A DNA stretch of 64,000 nt from Nitrosopumilus sp. (GCA_965205675.1 OZ242186.1:1472001-1536000); one strand, 5' to 3'; positions 1 through 10,401 are shown, counted from the first letter of the stretch. Numbers and translations are program-made. The notes: a model not told the origin generated them from the letters alone.

Positions 1-1230
1 AGAGAATATACAAGTACATCAGCATCATCAGCGTCACTGGCTGATACAATAAAGGTTAGCGGTATATTGGCAATTGCTGATTGCGGAGTTGTAATGGGAC
101 TGATTACCGGCACTGCATTGAGATCTCCCACAGTTAGCGTAAAGCTATCAGATGCAGAGTCGTCAGAATCTGACCCACTGACTATAAAATTAAATTCTTT
201 GAGAAACTCAGAATCACTAGTAATTACATCAAATGGAGGATTAGATATAATCTGATCACCATTAATGGTCAACCAATCAGGAACTGCTTCGTTATCAGTT
301 GTAGTTAATGTAAATGTTGGATTTGTAAAACCAGTGTGTGAGATATTAATAATGGACTGGATACCTTCAAATGAAAAAGAATCTTCTACAAATACAAATG
401 GTGATACAATATCCACAGCTACGGAGATGGTCTGAGATACAGTACTTTGTCCATCAGATACAAAAACATCAAAGGTGTGTGTACCGGCTTGTAATTCAGT
501 TGGAGTCCATGAGAATGCGCCTGTGTTACTATTGATGGTAGCACCTTCAGGTTCATCATTCAGAGAATATACAAGTACATCAGCATCATCAGCGTCACTG
601 GCTGATACAATAAAGGTTAGCGGTATATTGGCAATTGCTGATTGCGGAGTTGTAATGGGACTGATTACCGGCACTGCATTGAGATCTCCCACAGTTAGCG
701 TAAAGCTATCAGATGCAGAGTCGTCAGAATCTGACCCACTGACTATAAAATTAAATTCTTTGAGAAACTCAGAATCACTAGTAATTACATCAAATGGAGG
801 ATTAGATATAATCTGATCACCATTAATGGTCAACCAATCAGGAACTGCTTCGTTATCAGTTGTAGTTAATGTAAATGTTGGATTTGTAAAACCAGTGTGT
901 GAGATATTAATAATGGACTGGATACCTTCAAATGAAAAAGAATCTTCTACAAATACAAATGGTGATACAATATCCACAGCTACGGAGATGGTCTGAGATA
1001 CAGTACTTTGTCCATCAGATACAAAAACATCAAAGGTGTGTGTACCGGCTTGTAATTCAGTTGGAGTCCATGAGAATGCGCCTGTGTTACTATTGATGGT
1101 AGCACCTTCAGGTTCATCATTCAGAGAATATACAAGTACATCAGCATCAGCGTCACTGGCTGATACAATAAAGGTTAGCGGTATATTGGCAATTGCTGAT
1201 TGCGGAGTTGTAATGGGACTGATTACCGGC
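1..1230. repeat. Tandem repeat, 561-bp period (187 aa), near-identical copies
   Basis: AGAGAATATACAAGTACATCAGCATC recurs at 1, 562 and 1123. The only difference noticed is a 3-bp deletion in the third copy. Confidence 0.95.
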
Positions 1231-1325
1231 GCAGTATTCACCTGAGCAAGAACGTTGTTGACAGGAACTAACGCTAAAACAAAAATCAGTATTGCAGAGT
1301 ATAATATTAGTCTTGTAGAAATCAT
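1..1325 (-). CDS. Large secreted/surface protein with Ig-/cadherin-like repeats (runs off the left edge)
   Basis: Manually translated from ATG at 1325: signal peptide MISTRLILYSAILIFVLALVPVNNVLA, then NTAPVISPI...ASDADADVLVYSL...GATINSNTGAFSWTP, typical of He_PIG/cadherin-like modules. Absent from the ORF track because its stop lies outside the window. Confidence 0.85.
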   Translation of the reverse strand, partial: MISTRLILYSAILIFVLALVPVNNVLAQVNTAPVISPITTPQSAIANIPLTFIVSASDADADVLVYSLNDEPEGATINSNTGAFSWTPTELQAGTHTFDVFVSDGQSTVSQTISVAVDIVSPFVFVEDSFSFEGIQSIINISHTGFTNPTFTLTTTDNEAVPDWLTINGDQIISNPPFDVITSDSEFLKEFNFIVSGSDSDDSASDSFTLTVGDLNAVPVISPITTPQSAIANIPLTFIVSASDADDADVLVYSLNDEPEGATINSNTGAFSWTPTELQAGTHTFDVFVSDGQSTVSQTISVAVDIVSPFVFVEDSFSFEGIQSIINISHTGFTNPTFTLTTTDNEAVPDWLTINGDQIISNPPFDVITSDSEFLKEFNFIVSGSDSDDSASDSFTLTVGDLNAVPVISPITTPQSAIANIPLTFIVSASDADDADVLVYS

Positions 1326-1437
1326 ATTATATCACACATTAAATTTATAGGCACATACGAGAAAAGCATTTGATTTGAGAACATTAAATCACTTCTCAAC
1401 AAAGATAATTTAAGTATATTGCTTTGTTGGAACTGGT

Positions 1438-1761
1438 TGTTGTATCCCAAAATCAGTTCGTCCCTTATTTGACATCGTATTCTTCTCCTGTCTGCTCATC
1501 AATAACTCTTGTTCCTTTCTCTGGCATCTTTCTTGCATATGCCTTTACAGGGGTCTCAAGATTATCCCAGTCAAGTGACATGTGTGGCTTTATGTGGTTG
1601 TACCAGTGGACCAGCTCATCAATGGTGCCAAACCATTTCTGCTTTCTCTGAATCTCGCCGTGAAATCTTTCTAACTTTCCGTTTGTCTGGGGATGATTCA
1701 CTCTTGCCATGATGTGTTTTATTCCAAGTCTAACCAGTTCTTGCTCAAACTGTGATGCTCC
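1438..1761 (-). mobile_element. IS481-family transposase 3' fragment, cut by IS66
   Basis: ARVNHPQTNGKLERFHGEIQ integrase-core motif, TGT terminus at 1438, truncated at the IS66 end. Confidence 0.8.
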
Positions 1762-3245
1762 GTAACTGTCTAGAGTTTTGAAGTAAAATCTCCAAGATAT
1801 TCTAAAGAATAATCATGAAAGTTTAATCCTCGTAATCTGCATGTCTCCTTTATACTCATCAGTATCTTATGAGAATCAGCACCATGAATGGTTCTATGAC
1901 CGTTTGTAATTTTACGAATTATCACATTTGGTCTGATTGCCCTCTCTGCTGTGTTATTGTGTGAATCAGTTCCAGTAATTAGGAATGTAAAAAGCATTTC
2001 TCTCTCACGTTTCAATCTTTTTACAAACCTGATACAGTTTTTCTCTGTGTATTTTTTTGATATGATGTGATTAATTCTCCTTTCAAGATTCTTTTTTGCA
2101 TGGATTCTTTCTGATTCTGATTTTATTTTTGCCACACCATGAGAGTCATAAATTATTTTCTTGAGATTCTTGGCAAATGGTGCAAATTCTGGTCCGGGAT
2201 TCTTGTGATTAATGGTATCATTAACCTCTCTGAGATAATGGATGTGACATTTCTGGTGAGTGCTTCCAACATGGTTCCATGCAGGGTACGAATCACTTGT
2301 AATGTTGCCATCATATCCCTTGAGAATTCTCTTGGGAACATCCATTGAACGTGATTTGTCAATCTCGTAAATTACAGTCCATTTACTCACAAATGCCCAC
2401 AACCAGTGGTTCTGGCCATCTACCCTCCAACTTGTCTCATCACCATGTATGTTTAGATCTTCTTTTAACTCCACAATCATTGTATCATATCTGCTCCCAA
2501 ATGCTTTTGATACTATTGATACTGCATGATTAATTGCAGATTCTGTAATGTGCAGTGAGAAGAGCATCTGCAAAAGATGAGATATTTTACCATACGATAA
2601 TCCGATAGTTTTTAGTGATGTGATTAGCACCATGAGCCTAATTCCAAACCTTTCATTTGACAGTACAGTGTGAATGTTACCCGAGATTTGTTTTTTGCAG
2701 TTTGTGCAGTATCGTCTAACTATCGTATATTTTGTCACAACTGCTTTTGCAGGAATGATGTCTTCTACTATTCTGGTGTATGAATCAGTTGGTTCTGAGA
2801 GTGATTTGCCACATGTGTTGCACTCTTTTTGGTCAACTGTAATGGCATCATCAATGTGTGCTGTGCATTTCCAAAGACGCACATAATGGATTTTCTTCTT
2901 TTTGGTCAACTGTAATGGCATCATCAATGTGTGCCCGTCTGCTTCTGCTTTTTCTAGGATGTCTTGATGTTTTCTTCTTTTTTGCAGTTTCAGTCTTGTT
3001 TGGTTTTGCTTTGATATTTCTTGCAACAAGTGTAGACACTGTTTGTTTTAGTTCTGCAATTTCTCTGTGTAGTGATTCAATATCTTTGCGTAACTGACGG
3101 TTTTCTTGCTCCAGCGAGTGACATCTGTTACGATAATATTCCAGCTCATCATATACTGACAATTGTATATTGTAATTTGTCACTGATCAGAAAAGATATA
3201 GATAAAAAATATTAAAGAAAGTACTTCAAAACTCTAGACAGTTAC
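1762..3245 (-). mobile_element. Single-ORF IS66-family element, copy 1, frameshifted by a 73-bp insertion
   Basis: Perfect 24-bp IRs GTAACTGTCTAGAGTTTTGAAGTA; HGDETSW and NNTAERAIRP motifs; nearly identical to 26235-27645 except for the insertion at 2824-2934. Confidence 0.92.
2824..2934. repeat. Repeat-spacer-repeat unit 1 (38-bp duplication, 35-bp insert)
   Basis: TCTTTTTGGTCAACTGTAATGGCATCATCAATGTGTGC at 2824-2861 and 2897-2934. The intact IS66 copy has it once. Confidence 0.95.
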
Positions 3246-3251
3246 AAAAAA

Positions 3252-3410
3252 TGTTGTATCCTAGAATCGGCTCGTCTCTTATTTCACATCATATTCTTCC
3301 CCTGTCTGCTCATCCATAACACCCTTGTTTCCCTTTTCTGGCATCTTTTTCACATTGCTTTTGCAGGTGTCCTTAGATTGTCCCAGTCAAGTAACATATG
3401 CGGTTTTATA
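3252..3410 (-). mobile_element. Degenerate IS481 3' end
   Basis: Similar to 1438-1600 (TGTTGTATCC terminus, EQTGEEYDVK-coding region). Confidence 0.7.
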
Positions 3411-3549
3411 TAATTACTTGATAATAATAATCAGACAAATAATCGAGATTGATGAGAAGGCCAAGTGGAAAACTATTATTCAAAATACTAGTCTACACAA
3501 GGAAAATTCAATTTGAATAAGATCTGTATTTCATATAACCCCTCGAAGA

Positions 3550-3897
3550 TTACATAGAATCGGATTTCTTTTTACTTTTCTGAATCAAAATTTTCTTTAT
3601 TCTAGAAATTGTAGGATAACTGTAACTCCTCCTACGATAATTTGCAATCATAATTTTCCAATTTTTTAATCTCCATTGAGCTTGTTCGGCAGTAACAGAA
3701 TGAACTTCTTTCTGAATGATACTTTTCCTGCCTACTTTTAGAGTTCCAGCATCTTTTGCAGACCATCTATTTTTTGCAAATTTAAGACCAGAAAGGATCT
3801 CAGACACAGGCATTTCTTTGAAATAGGCTTTCAATCTTTTTAATTCTGCATCAGACGGCTTTTTAGAAATTAGTAATTCGATAGTAGACTTTGCCAC
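3550..3897 (-). CDS. Basic hypothetical protein
   Basis: Clean 115-aa ORF with host-like codon usage; no family recognised. Confidence 0.7.
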   Translation of the reverse strand: MAKSTIELLISKKPSDAELKRLKAYFKEMPVSEILSGLKFAKNRWSAKDAGTLKVGRKSIIQKEVHSVTAEQAQWRLKNWKIMIANYRRRSYSYPTISRIKKILIQKSKKKSDSM

Positions 3898-4074
3898 AAT
3901 AAACAGTTCGGGTTATTGCTTAAGAGAATCTTGCTAAAGAATCATTTACTAATTGGTTCTAGTCATGTTTATTTATCAAAAATTGTCATTTTAGGCATGA
4001 GATATGCAATAATCTATGAAAAAATTAATAATTTTGATGTATTGGAGAGTATTGGGATGAGTTGTATGTATGGG

Positions 4075-4395
4075 AAATTGATATTTGTGAAACATTTGAG
4101 CAGGAACTGGTAAAACTAGAGATAAAACACATCATGGCAAGAGTAAACCATCCACAGATAAACGGCAAGCTGGAAAGATTCCACGATGAGATTCAAAGAA
4201 AACAGAAATGGTTTGAGACTGTAGATGAGATGGTCCACTGGTATAACTATATCAAACCACACATGTAACTTGACTGGGATTAATTTTGAGACACCAGCAA
4301 AGACTGCAAGAAAGATGCCAGAGAAAAGAACAAGAGTTGTTGATGAGCAGACAGGAGAAGAGTACGATGCAGAATAAGGGGCGAACTGATTTTGG
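4075..4395 (+). mobile_element. IS481-family fragment (pseudogene)
   Basis: ARVNHPQINGKLERFHDEIQRKQ followed by a premature stop; paralog of 1438-1761. Confidence 0.75.
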
Positions 4396-4397
4396 GA

Positions 4398-4692
4398 AAT
4401 ATCAATTGAAATTCTCAAATATTTCTTTGTAAAGATAATTATTCATTACTTTAGAAATAACAAAAATAATTATTTCCTAGAATGTGTAATTTGATGTACT
4501 TTCCCATCTGCTGATGATTGAAGAGATTTGGAGACAGTGCAAACATGCTAATGTTGAATCAGATTTTTATGAATCTATTCATGAAATGAGGCATACAGTT
4601 ATGGAATATTTTAGAACCCATAAATTTGATTTGAATATGTATCAGTATTTTGCAAGAACAGTGAATTGAAAAGACTTATGATCTGGGGTATA
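4398..4692 (+). mobile_element. Abutting 3' ends of an ISH3-like element and an IS630 element
   Basis: About 4398-4515 is the reverse complement of about 59133-59250; about 4516-4692 matches about 11488-11666, including the IR TTATGATCTGGGGTATA. Confidence 0.8.
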
Positions 4693-4740
4693 AGTATGGT
4701 GAAAATATACTTTTAATAGTTGAATTTAAGATAATTCGTA

Positions 4741-5280
4741 TTGATAGATAAGATTGATGAATTGATAATTTCTGCCCTCTCTCAAAATTCAAAACAAAAA
4801 GTTTTTGAGATTTGGGATTTTTTGAAGGGATTTAATTATGATTTAACAGAAGATGAAATTGAATCAAGAATATCAAAACTTGAAGAAGATAAAATTATTA
4901 AAGGATACACAATAACTGTAGATGCAAAGAAAATTTTACACAAGGTCATACGCGTAGATCTTGTCACGTTTAGGATATCTCAAGCACTTCCAAAAAGAGT
5001 AGATGGATTAAAAAAATATCTCAATGATGCGCCATTTGTTTTATTCTCAGGTAAAACGCGTGGGGGGTATGATTGGATTACAGTAAAATCATTTTTATCA
5101 AACGATATGGCGGATGAAGAAAGTGATATTTATCGAAATTTGTTTGGAGATATTATTCAAACATATGAGGTATATGATTTTGTTCCACAGACAGATGCAT
5201 CAATTTATGCATTAACTTATACAGAAATTGAATATAAAAAATTTCTCAAAGAATGGACACCTCCATTTATTGGATCATAA
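4741..5280 (+). CDS. Lrp/AsnC-family transcriptional regulator
   Basis: DKIDELIISALSQNSK...RISKLEEDKIIKGYT wHTH pattern followed by GGYD in the RAM domain. Confidence 0.8.
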   Translation: MIDKIDELIISALSQNSKQKVFEIWDFLKGFNYDLTEDEIESRISKLEEDKIIKGYTITVDAKKILHKVIRVDLVTFRISQALPKRVDGLKKYLNDAPFVLFSGKTRGGYDWITVKSFLSNDMADEESDIYRNLFGDIIQTYEVYDFVPQTDASIYALTYTEIEYKKFLKEWTPPFIGS

Positions 5281-5281
5281 A

Positions 5282-6118
5282 TTATAACTTTGTTTTTTTA
5301 AAGTGAATTGTCTCATCTATCATTGAATGGGTTTGTAATCTCAAACTCATCAAAAATTTAATCACCTCTGCTCTTTGTTTTGGATTAATTCCATGTGCAT
5401 CTTCTATCAGGTCATCAATTCTTGAAAGCGTAATTTTTAGAGATAAATGAGTTTTTTTTATCAAATTAAGTGCCTTTGAATTTTTGTTAGTAACTTGATT
5501 GTTATTTTTAATCGTTTTTTTGATGACACGGATTTGTTTTACAGTCATCTTTTTGTTGACTATCTCATCTACTAGATCACTATTTTGTGATCCATTAATT
5601 GAAGTTAATTCCAATGCTTGACTTACACTCAAATCATTTTGAAGGATTTTTTCTTGTATATTATTTGAAAGTTTTAAGAGCTGCATTCGATGAGACACAT
5701 ATTCTTCACTCTTTCCAATTTTTTGAGCTAAATCTCTTACTGCTCCCCATCCGTATTCATTTACATATTTTTGGTAAGCTTCTGCCTCCTCTATCGGATC
5801 CATAGATTTTCTCTGAATGTTTTCAGTTAATTGAATCTCATATGCCTGTTTGTCTGTCAAGTCTCGAATTTTACTTGGAATGAATCTCCAACGTAGGGAT
5901 CTACATGCTACATATCTACGATGTCCTGCAACTACCTCAAACCCATGATCAAGAGGTCTAATTACAATTGGTTGCAATAGCCCATGTGTCTTTATGCTAG
6001 ATTTTAGATTTGCTAGTTCTTGAGAATTTGAAGCTGCCATATACCTGACAGGGGATTTTGATGGTCGAATCATTCGAATTTCAATGGGCTCTACAATTGA
6101 ATTATCAATTATTTCCAT
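5282..6118 (-). CDS. ParB/RepB/Spo0J-family protein
   Basis: GLLQPIVIRP, VVAGHRRY, ENIQRKSMDPIEEA and an HTH. Confidence 0.9.
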   Translation of the reverse strand: MEIIDNSIVEPIEIRMIRPSKSPVRYMAASNSQELANLKSSIKTHGLLQPIVIRPLDHGFEVVAGHRRYVACRSLRWRFIPSKIRDLTDKQAYEIQLTENIQRKSMDPIEEAEAYQKYVNEYGWGAVRDLAQKIGKSEEYVSHRMQLLKLSNNIQEKILQNDLSVSQALELTSINGSQNSDLVDEIVNKKMTVKQIRVIKKTIKNNNQVTNKNSKALNLIKKTHLSLKITLSRIDDLIEDAHGINPKQRAEVIKFLMSLRLQTHSMIDETIHFKKTKL

Positions 6119-6537
6119 TTGGAATCCTCATATTCTAAATTGATAAAATGAAAATAGTATTTAACTTTTAATCAAAAAATTACAATAATTTTTAATTGCT
6201 GTTAAATTAATTTTATAATAACTAAAATTTCATAAAATCATCATATAGCGACGATCAAAAGTTCGTAAACATCTTTACAGTATTTCTAAAGATACAATTT
6301 GCAACATCAATCTTGAATCTTGTCATTCTAAAATATTTTGACACTGTATCATTTATCGTAAACATTGTATAATATTCTGAAACCTGCAACGCATACTTGC
6401 TTATCTTCCAGCATTGTTCTATCATGTTCTTCAAGTACGGCGATCCTTTTGGCAACCATATTAGTTTGACATCTCTATTGTTTGCAAGATATTCTTTTAC
6501 TTTTTTTGATTTGTGAACTGATGCTCAGTATAGCATG

Positions 6538-6632
6538 ATTGCAATCTTGCCATATTTCCAGTGCGACCTTGGAGCATGAAGTAGCTCACGCCAACTTTGA
6601 CAATTGCAATCTTGCCATATTTCCAGTGCGAC
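6538..6632. repeat. Repeat-spacer-repeat unit 2 (30-bp duplication, 35-bp insert)
   Basis: ATTGCAATCTTGCCATATTTCCAGTGCGAC at 6538-6567 and 6603-6632. Confidence 0.93.
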
Positions 6633-6940
6633 TCCTTTAGATATTCTACAAATCTTCCAGCATTGAATCTGTCATAAATTTTAAACAGCTGATTGTTATT
6701 TTCCATAATTGTTCCATACTGCCAAACTTTCATGATTGCCTAGGTATGAAAGAAATATTCTCTTGGCAACTGGTGACTGGGTATTTTTTCCTGTCTTTGT
6801 ATCCCTTAGAAAAAATGCCTCATCAGCCATTGCAATGACAAATCCTTCTTTTTTAGGCGTAAAATTCTCTTTCTGATGCGTTGCTGCCAGCTTTTCACAG
6901 CAGATACGCTTGCATGGTGGATGTGATATTTTTGTGCAGT

Positions 6941-7080
6941 AGATGTCTTGCGTAATTATTTCTAGGCGTGAATTTTGCTGCAGGATTTTTCAAATTGGTT
7001 GAGAAATTTGAATTTTCAGGTATGAATTCTGTTAAAATACAAAATTTGAGAAAAAATCTCTATAATTACGCAAGAGGTCT
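6941..7080. mobile_element. 140-bp MITE, copy 1
   Basis: IRs AGATGTCTTGCGTAATTA / TAATTACGCAAGAGGTCT; 3-bp TSD AGT; near-identical to 43278-43417. Confidence 0.9.
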
Positions 7081-7352
7081 AGTTTTTGCAGATATCCTAC
7101 TGGTGCATTATCTTTCTGATGTGAGTAATGTGAAATTTCACTCCAGTGGAATAAGATATTGCTTGCTGTAGCATCACAGGCGTAAACAAAGTTAGCATTG
7201 CCTTTGAGATGATACAGTCCGTTTTCTTCTTTGAAATTGTTCTTGGTCTTCCACTCCTTGGATGGTCGTAGAGGCCATCGATTTCAAAACAATTCACTCA
7301 TTTTCGTACCCAGATTGTGCAGTGTCTTTGCAGTGTGTTCTATTTCCTTACC

Positions 7353-7462
7353 ATCTTTTAGAATCATCAATACTGCCAAGCATTCTTACCTCTAGTCAGA
7401 ATTTCTTGATGTCGTTGGATTAATTATCTTTTAGAATCATCAATACTGCCAAGCATTCTTAC
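7353..7462. repeat. Repeat-spacer-repeat unit 3 (37-bp duplication, 36-bp insert)
   Basis: ATCTTTTAGAATCATCAATACTGCCAAGCATTCTTAC at 7353-7389 and 7426-7462. Confidence 0.95.
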
Positions 7463-7650
7463 TGCAACTTTTGAATTTTTTGTAATGCTGCTTTCAAGGG
7501 ATTCTAACTTCCATGTATTTTGTTGGGTTGACTGATCAAAAGGTTTTTTGTTTTGGAATTATTTAGTTCACGAACTTTGTCTTTTCGCTATACAATACTA
7601 TTGATTTGACATGAGGATCATTCTAATACATCATTTCTCAAAGAATCCTG

Positions 7651-8460
7651 ATGAGAAATCCGACTGCAATAATCGGACTGCTGGTTTTGAGCGTAGCATT
7701 GCTTACTATGACAATATACGCAATTGACACTCAGATAATTACTATCGGAGATAAATCATCTGCTGTTCCCATAAAGACCACGTTAATCAATGATTCATTT
7801 AGCACCACACTTGATTCTTGGACATTTCAAGAAAATCCCAACACTGTAGCAAATCAGAGATATTGTAACACGCAAAATACTAATGTATACAGTCTGACTC
7901 ATAATTCAAATCATGATGGTTCTGCACTAATTGATAATTCAAATCATGATGGTTCTGCACTAATTGATAATTCAAATACCTGTTGGTTTGGTACAGTAGG
8001 CGGTGTAAAGTCATTTACAGTTCCAACAGTTCATGATGGCAGCACATTGGAAATGACTCTTGATTATCGAAGTGTTGCCGGTTTAATACCCACAACTGAT
8101 GCGCCTAGTGCCATTTTTACATTGGAAAGGACTCTTGATTATCGAAGTGATGCTGGAGCAATTTCTGCAGGAGTTGGCCATGTAAATAACATGTCTGTCT
8201 TGATTACTGATTCTGATGGTAATATCCTAAAAGAAGAAATATTGTATTCTGGTGCACGCAGCTCGGACTTGAGGGATACTGGCTGGCAAGAAAAGACAAT
8301 TATCGTAAACTCGATAAACGCTACAAAATGCCCATGTGATGTATTTATTTATACTGCGGATTCCTGGCTTGCAGAATGGCAAAAAAAGATTTACTTTGAC
8401 AATGTCAATGTAACACTATCTCATCCAATATCTGATATTGATTACATTTCCTTTCCGTGA
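7651..8460 (+). CDS. Secreted beta-rich protein with internal duplications; C-terminus probably replaced by IS5 sequence
   Basis: Signal peptide; 33-bp tandem duplication at 7901-7977 (NSNHDGSALID x2); 75-bp in-frame insertion at 8044-8156; last codons overlap an antisense IS5 remnant. Confidence 0.7.
   Translation: MRNPTAIIGLLVLSVALLTMTIYAIDTQIITIGDKSSAVPIKTTLINDSFSTTLDSWTFQENPNTVANQRYCNTQNTNVYSLTHNSNHDGSALIDNSNHDGSALIDNSNTCWFGTVGGVKSFTVPTVHDGSTLEMTLDYRSVAGLIPTTDAPSAIFTLERTLDYRSDAGAISAGVGHVNNMSVLITDSDGNILKEEILYSGARSSDLRDTGWQEKTIIVNSINATKCPCDVFIYTADSWLAEWQKKIYFDNVNVTLSHPISDIDYISFP
8044..8156. repeat. Repeat-spacer-repeat unit 4 (~38-bp duplication with 3 mismatches, ~37-bp insert, in frame)
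   Basis: ACATTGGAAATGACTCTTGATTATCGAAGTGTTGCCGG (8044-8081) vs ACATTGGAAAGGACTCTTGATTATCGAAGTGATGCTGG (8119-8156). Confidence 0.85.
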
Positions 8461-9058
8461 TGCTGGTGCTTCCAGTTCTGGCAGATGTGCAGCATCATGG
8501 GATGAATCATCAGTAATTTTGAGTGAAATTATTTTTTTGTTTTGAGATCAGCACCAACATGAATTTTCAGAAATGCTCTTCTCATATGCCATTTCTGTCT
8601 CATCCATTTACCTCTGTTTGTAACTTTAATTCCAGTACTATCAGTTGCTAGAATAATTTCATTTTTAGAATTATCATCCATAGACTCATCAATTGAGATC
8701 AAGCTTGTTTACTCTCTTGTGAATTGATGTAAAACCAGGAACTGTTGGGATTCTATTACAATATGCATGAGTCATTTCTTCTGTTTGTCTGAATGGTAAT
8801 CCAAAATACACTCTGGCATATCCAAGCAATTTCATAAACGAATCAGTATAATCAAACTTTTACCTCTCTTGTTATGATTCATGACCCCTAGTTCTTTGTG
8901 CCAGTTATCAATAATATCAAATGACATTATGATTTCACCTCTTCAGACTAGTTTCTCATTGTATTGATTCTAATTTTCCATAAAACTAGTCAGAATGTAG
9001 GATCCAAAGCTGTTACCATGAAATAAAGTTGATCAGATTGTTATTTGTTCGACAGAGT
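8410..9058 (-). mobile_element. IS5-family (IS903-like) transposase pseudogene
   Basis: Fragments YNEKLV*RGEI, GLPFRQTE, ATDSTGIKVTNRGKWMRQKW, FLKIHVGAD with stops and frameshifts; boundaries approximate. Confidence 0.75.
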
Positions 9059-9531
9059 ACCTTTCAGACAGAGTTAATGTACGGGCACCCATCAAATCAG
9101 GGAAATTATCCCTCATAGTTGTATAGTTTGAGAATTTCTTTGAGATATCTTGCTTGATTATTAGTTCTGAATGTAAAGTTAAACAATTGCCTGCTTTCAG
9201 GCCAGATTGTCTTTATCTTCTTTTCCCCCGTATCTGAATTGCTACCATCAGAGTATGCAGCCCCTCAAAGATAATTCCTTTTTTGCTAATCTCAACTATT
9301 ATTGCATTTGTTGTAACATACAGAATTCCTTTACCTACACTGAATTGATTTGAAGCTGTTTCTCAATTTTTTCTTTATTTCTTAGAACAAGTGTCATACT
9401 CTAAATGCCTCCTTTTTGATAAAAGCTTGATTTTACTCTGTTTTTAGCAATATCAACTAATATCAAACTGTTACCCAACATAATTTTATTGTTTTAAAAA
9501 AGATTAAATATTTAGTTGGGTAAAGAATTAC

Positions 9532-10401
9532 ATGGTTTCAGTAGTCAAAAGAAAAAAGGGAAATGAGTATTATTATTTGATTTATCATTCAGGCAAAACT
9601 TTGCATGAAAGATATCTCGGTAAACAGATCCCAAAAAACATTGATTCAATCAAACTAGAATTTGAAGAAAAAATGTTTACAAAAGAGAACATTCCATTAT
9701 TGGAGAAAATACGTGATAATCATTCAAAACATATCATCAAAGCAGATCAGAAAATAATACAATCAGAAAATCATGAATTCAAAATATATCATATCTACAG
9801 CACCCAGAGAATAGAAGGCAGTACTATGACATATGGTCAGACAAAAAAACTATTGGAATACAACTTGTCTCCTAAAGACACGGCAACAGAACATATCATA
9901 GAAGCTAAACAAATGGAAGAAATATTTGATGATTTACTTGTGACAAAATCAGACATTTCCAAAAAATTAATCCTTCATTGGCATGAAAAACTATTTGAAA
10001 AAACAGACATAAACAATTCGGGGAGTTTTAGACGAGAAGATGTTGCACCATCTGGAGGAAAAACGGAATATGTGTTATGGGCAGATGTAATTGCTGATAT
10101 GGAAGAACTCGTAAAATGGTATGACAAAAATAAAAAATCAATGAATTCTGTAATACTATCTGCGTTATTCCATAGAAAATTTGAGTTGATACATCCATTC
10201 ATAGATGGAAATGGACGAATTGGCAGATTGTTAATGTTGCTAATCTTACACAAAAATAGATATCCTTTAATGAATATTTTGCCAAAAGAAAAACTCACCT
10301 ATATCAATAAACTTGAATCATCATATCTGAAAGATAGTAGCTTGATTTTTCTAAAATGGGTTATGGCAAAGTATCTCAGAGATAATAAAAAATATCTCTG
10401 A
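9532..10401 (+). CDS. Fic-family protein
   Basis: Canonical HPFIDGNGRIGR motif and an STQRIEG helix. Confidence 0.92.
   Translation: MVSVVKRKKGNEYYYLIYHSGKTLHERYLGKQIPKNIDSIKLEFEEKMFTKENIPLLEKIRDNHSKHIIKADQKIIQSENHEFKIYHIYSTQRIEGSTMTYGQTKKLLEYNLSPKDTATEHIIEAKQMEEIFDDLLVTKSDISKKLILHWHEKLFEKTDINNSGSFRREDVAPSGGKTEYVLWADVIADMEELVKWYDKNKKSMNSVILSALFHRKFELIHPFIDGNGRIGRLLMLLILHKNRYPLMNILPKEKLTYINKLESSYLKDSSLIFLKWVMAKYLRDNKKYL

Larger units (their letters stand above)
6246..7590 (-). mobile_element. IS630-family pseudo-element carrying a MITE and two spacer-like insertions
   Basis: TA-flanked IRs (TAGCGACGATCAAAAGTTCGT / ACGAACTTTGTCTTTTCGCTA); fragments PRSGRPR, YDRFNAGRFVEYL, PKGSPYL..IEQCW. Confidence 0.85.

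Noticed and set aside
67-1245. Repeated plus-strand ORFs in the ORF track
   Set aside because: Antisense shadows of the minus-strand surface protein repeats.
7901-7977. 33-bp tandem duplication as another spacer scar
   Set aside because: There is no intervening unique sequence; it is ordinary slippage at an 11-bp microhomology.
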